This document shows, piece after piece, positions 63,708 to 64,000 of a stretch of DNA of 64,000 nt. Each line of letters begins with the position of its first letter. Within the stretch, counting starts at the first letter, position 1. Source of the DNA: Candidatus Levyibacteriota bacterium. Lineage in GTDB: Bacteria; Patescibacteriota; Microgenomatia; Levybacterales; UBA12049. The stretch spans positions 41,667-105,666 of the forward strand of contig JACQHJ010000009.1 in the NCBI GenBank assembly GCA_016199085.1, written 5' to 3'. The position numbers and the translations under genes are program-made. The notes below the pieces were generated by a model. The model was not told where the DNA came from. It saw nothing but the letters and a program-made list of their open reading frames with translations, and made no database searches.

Positions 63708-64000
63708 TATTTACCTATTGCTTTCCTATATGCTTCTACAGTTTTTCTGGATGTCTTTTCCCATGAAAATTTCTTGATATTATCAAAACCCTTATTCTTT
63801 AAATCATCTTGTAGGCTACTATTGGTAAACACTTTGTTAATTCCGTTTGCTATTGATTCTAAGTTATAACCATCTACAAAATATGCAGCTTCTCCGGCCA
63901 CCTCTCCCAACGATCCTTCTTTGGTTGTAATAACTGGACAACCACAAGACATTGCCTCAAGTATTGGTAAACCAAAGCCTTCATAGAGAGATGGCATTAC
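63707..64000 (-). CDS. GT4 glycosyltransferase, 3' part (starts beyond the window)
   Basis: PSLYEGFGLPILEAM...FSWEK. Confidence 0.9.
   Translation of the reverse strand, partial: VMPSLYEGFGLPILEAMSCGCPVITTKEGSLGEVAGEAAYFVDGYNLESIANGINKVFTNSSLQDDLKNKGFDNIKKFSWEKTSRKTVEAYRKAIGK

Noticed and set aside
157-63869. Many 60-180-aa ORFs antisense to or nested in long genes (for example 786-1115, 15079-15513, 20255-20806, 57192-57533)
   Set aside because: They have no recognisable motifs and overlap well-supported genes; treated as shadow ORFs.
27700-64000. Poly-A/T runs of 8-9 nt as slipped-strand phase-variation tracts
   Set aside because: Expected at this AT content; no poly-G/C tracts and no frameshifted full-length genes were seen.
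1-64000. tRNA, rRNA, IS elements, integrase, prophage, alternative genetic code
   Set aside because: None recognised by eye. TGA terminates well-conserved genes (mraZ, glyQS, recO), consistent with code 11. A covariance-model scan was not possible.

Overview
Bacterial chromosomal DNA using the standard genetic code. It is probably from a Patescibacteria/CPR (Microgenomates-like) organism; this is inferred from the DUF4012- and DUF5667-like genes, short Mur ligases, alpha2-type GlyRS and dense packing. About 1-8.4 kb is housekeeping: a partial dcw cluster (mraZ-rsmH-ftsL-ftsI-murF, DUF192, 5' end of murE), gmk, glyQS and recO. About 8.4-64 kb is one very large, mostly minus-strand surface-glycan locus. 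It holds a priming sugar transferase, ManC, 7 GT4 genes (one a half gene), several GT2s including 3 polyprenol-P-sugar-synthase-like genes, about 8 multi-pass GT-C-like proteins (one fused to an O-antigen-ligase-like domain), Wzx, acyl- and methyltransferases, and nucleotide-sugar enzymes. Most notable: (1) an operon rfbF-rfbG-ThDP carboligase-reductase-transaldolase-SDR-AroB-like-HpcH-like aldolase, plus an Fe-S-free 3-dehydratase, whose chemistry fits a C4-branched higher-carbon sugar (caryophyllose-like) with a repurposed dehydroquinate synthase; (2) two unannotated fragments of the GT87-like paralogue family, one forming a ~117-bp inverted repeat with an intact gene; (3) a Fic-HTH gene preceded by five 10-bp direct repeats, next to a divergent HD-like / 2H-phosphoesterase insert; (4) apparent leaderless promoters at a dozen genes, including a palindromic bidirectional one. 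No rRNA, tRNA, CRISPR array, integrase or transposase was seen. All functional calls come from motif recognition by eye; no database searches were run.
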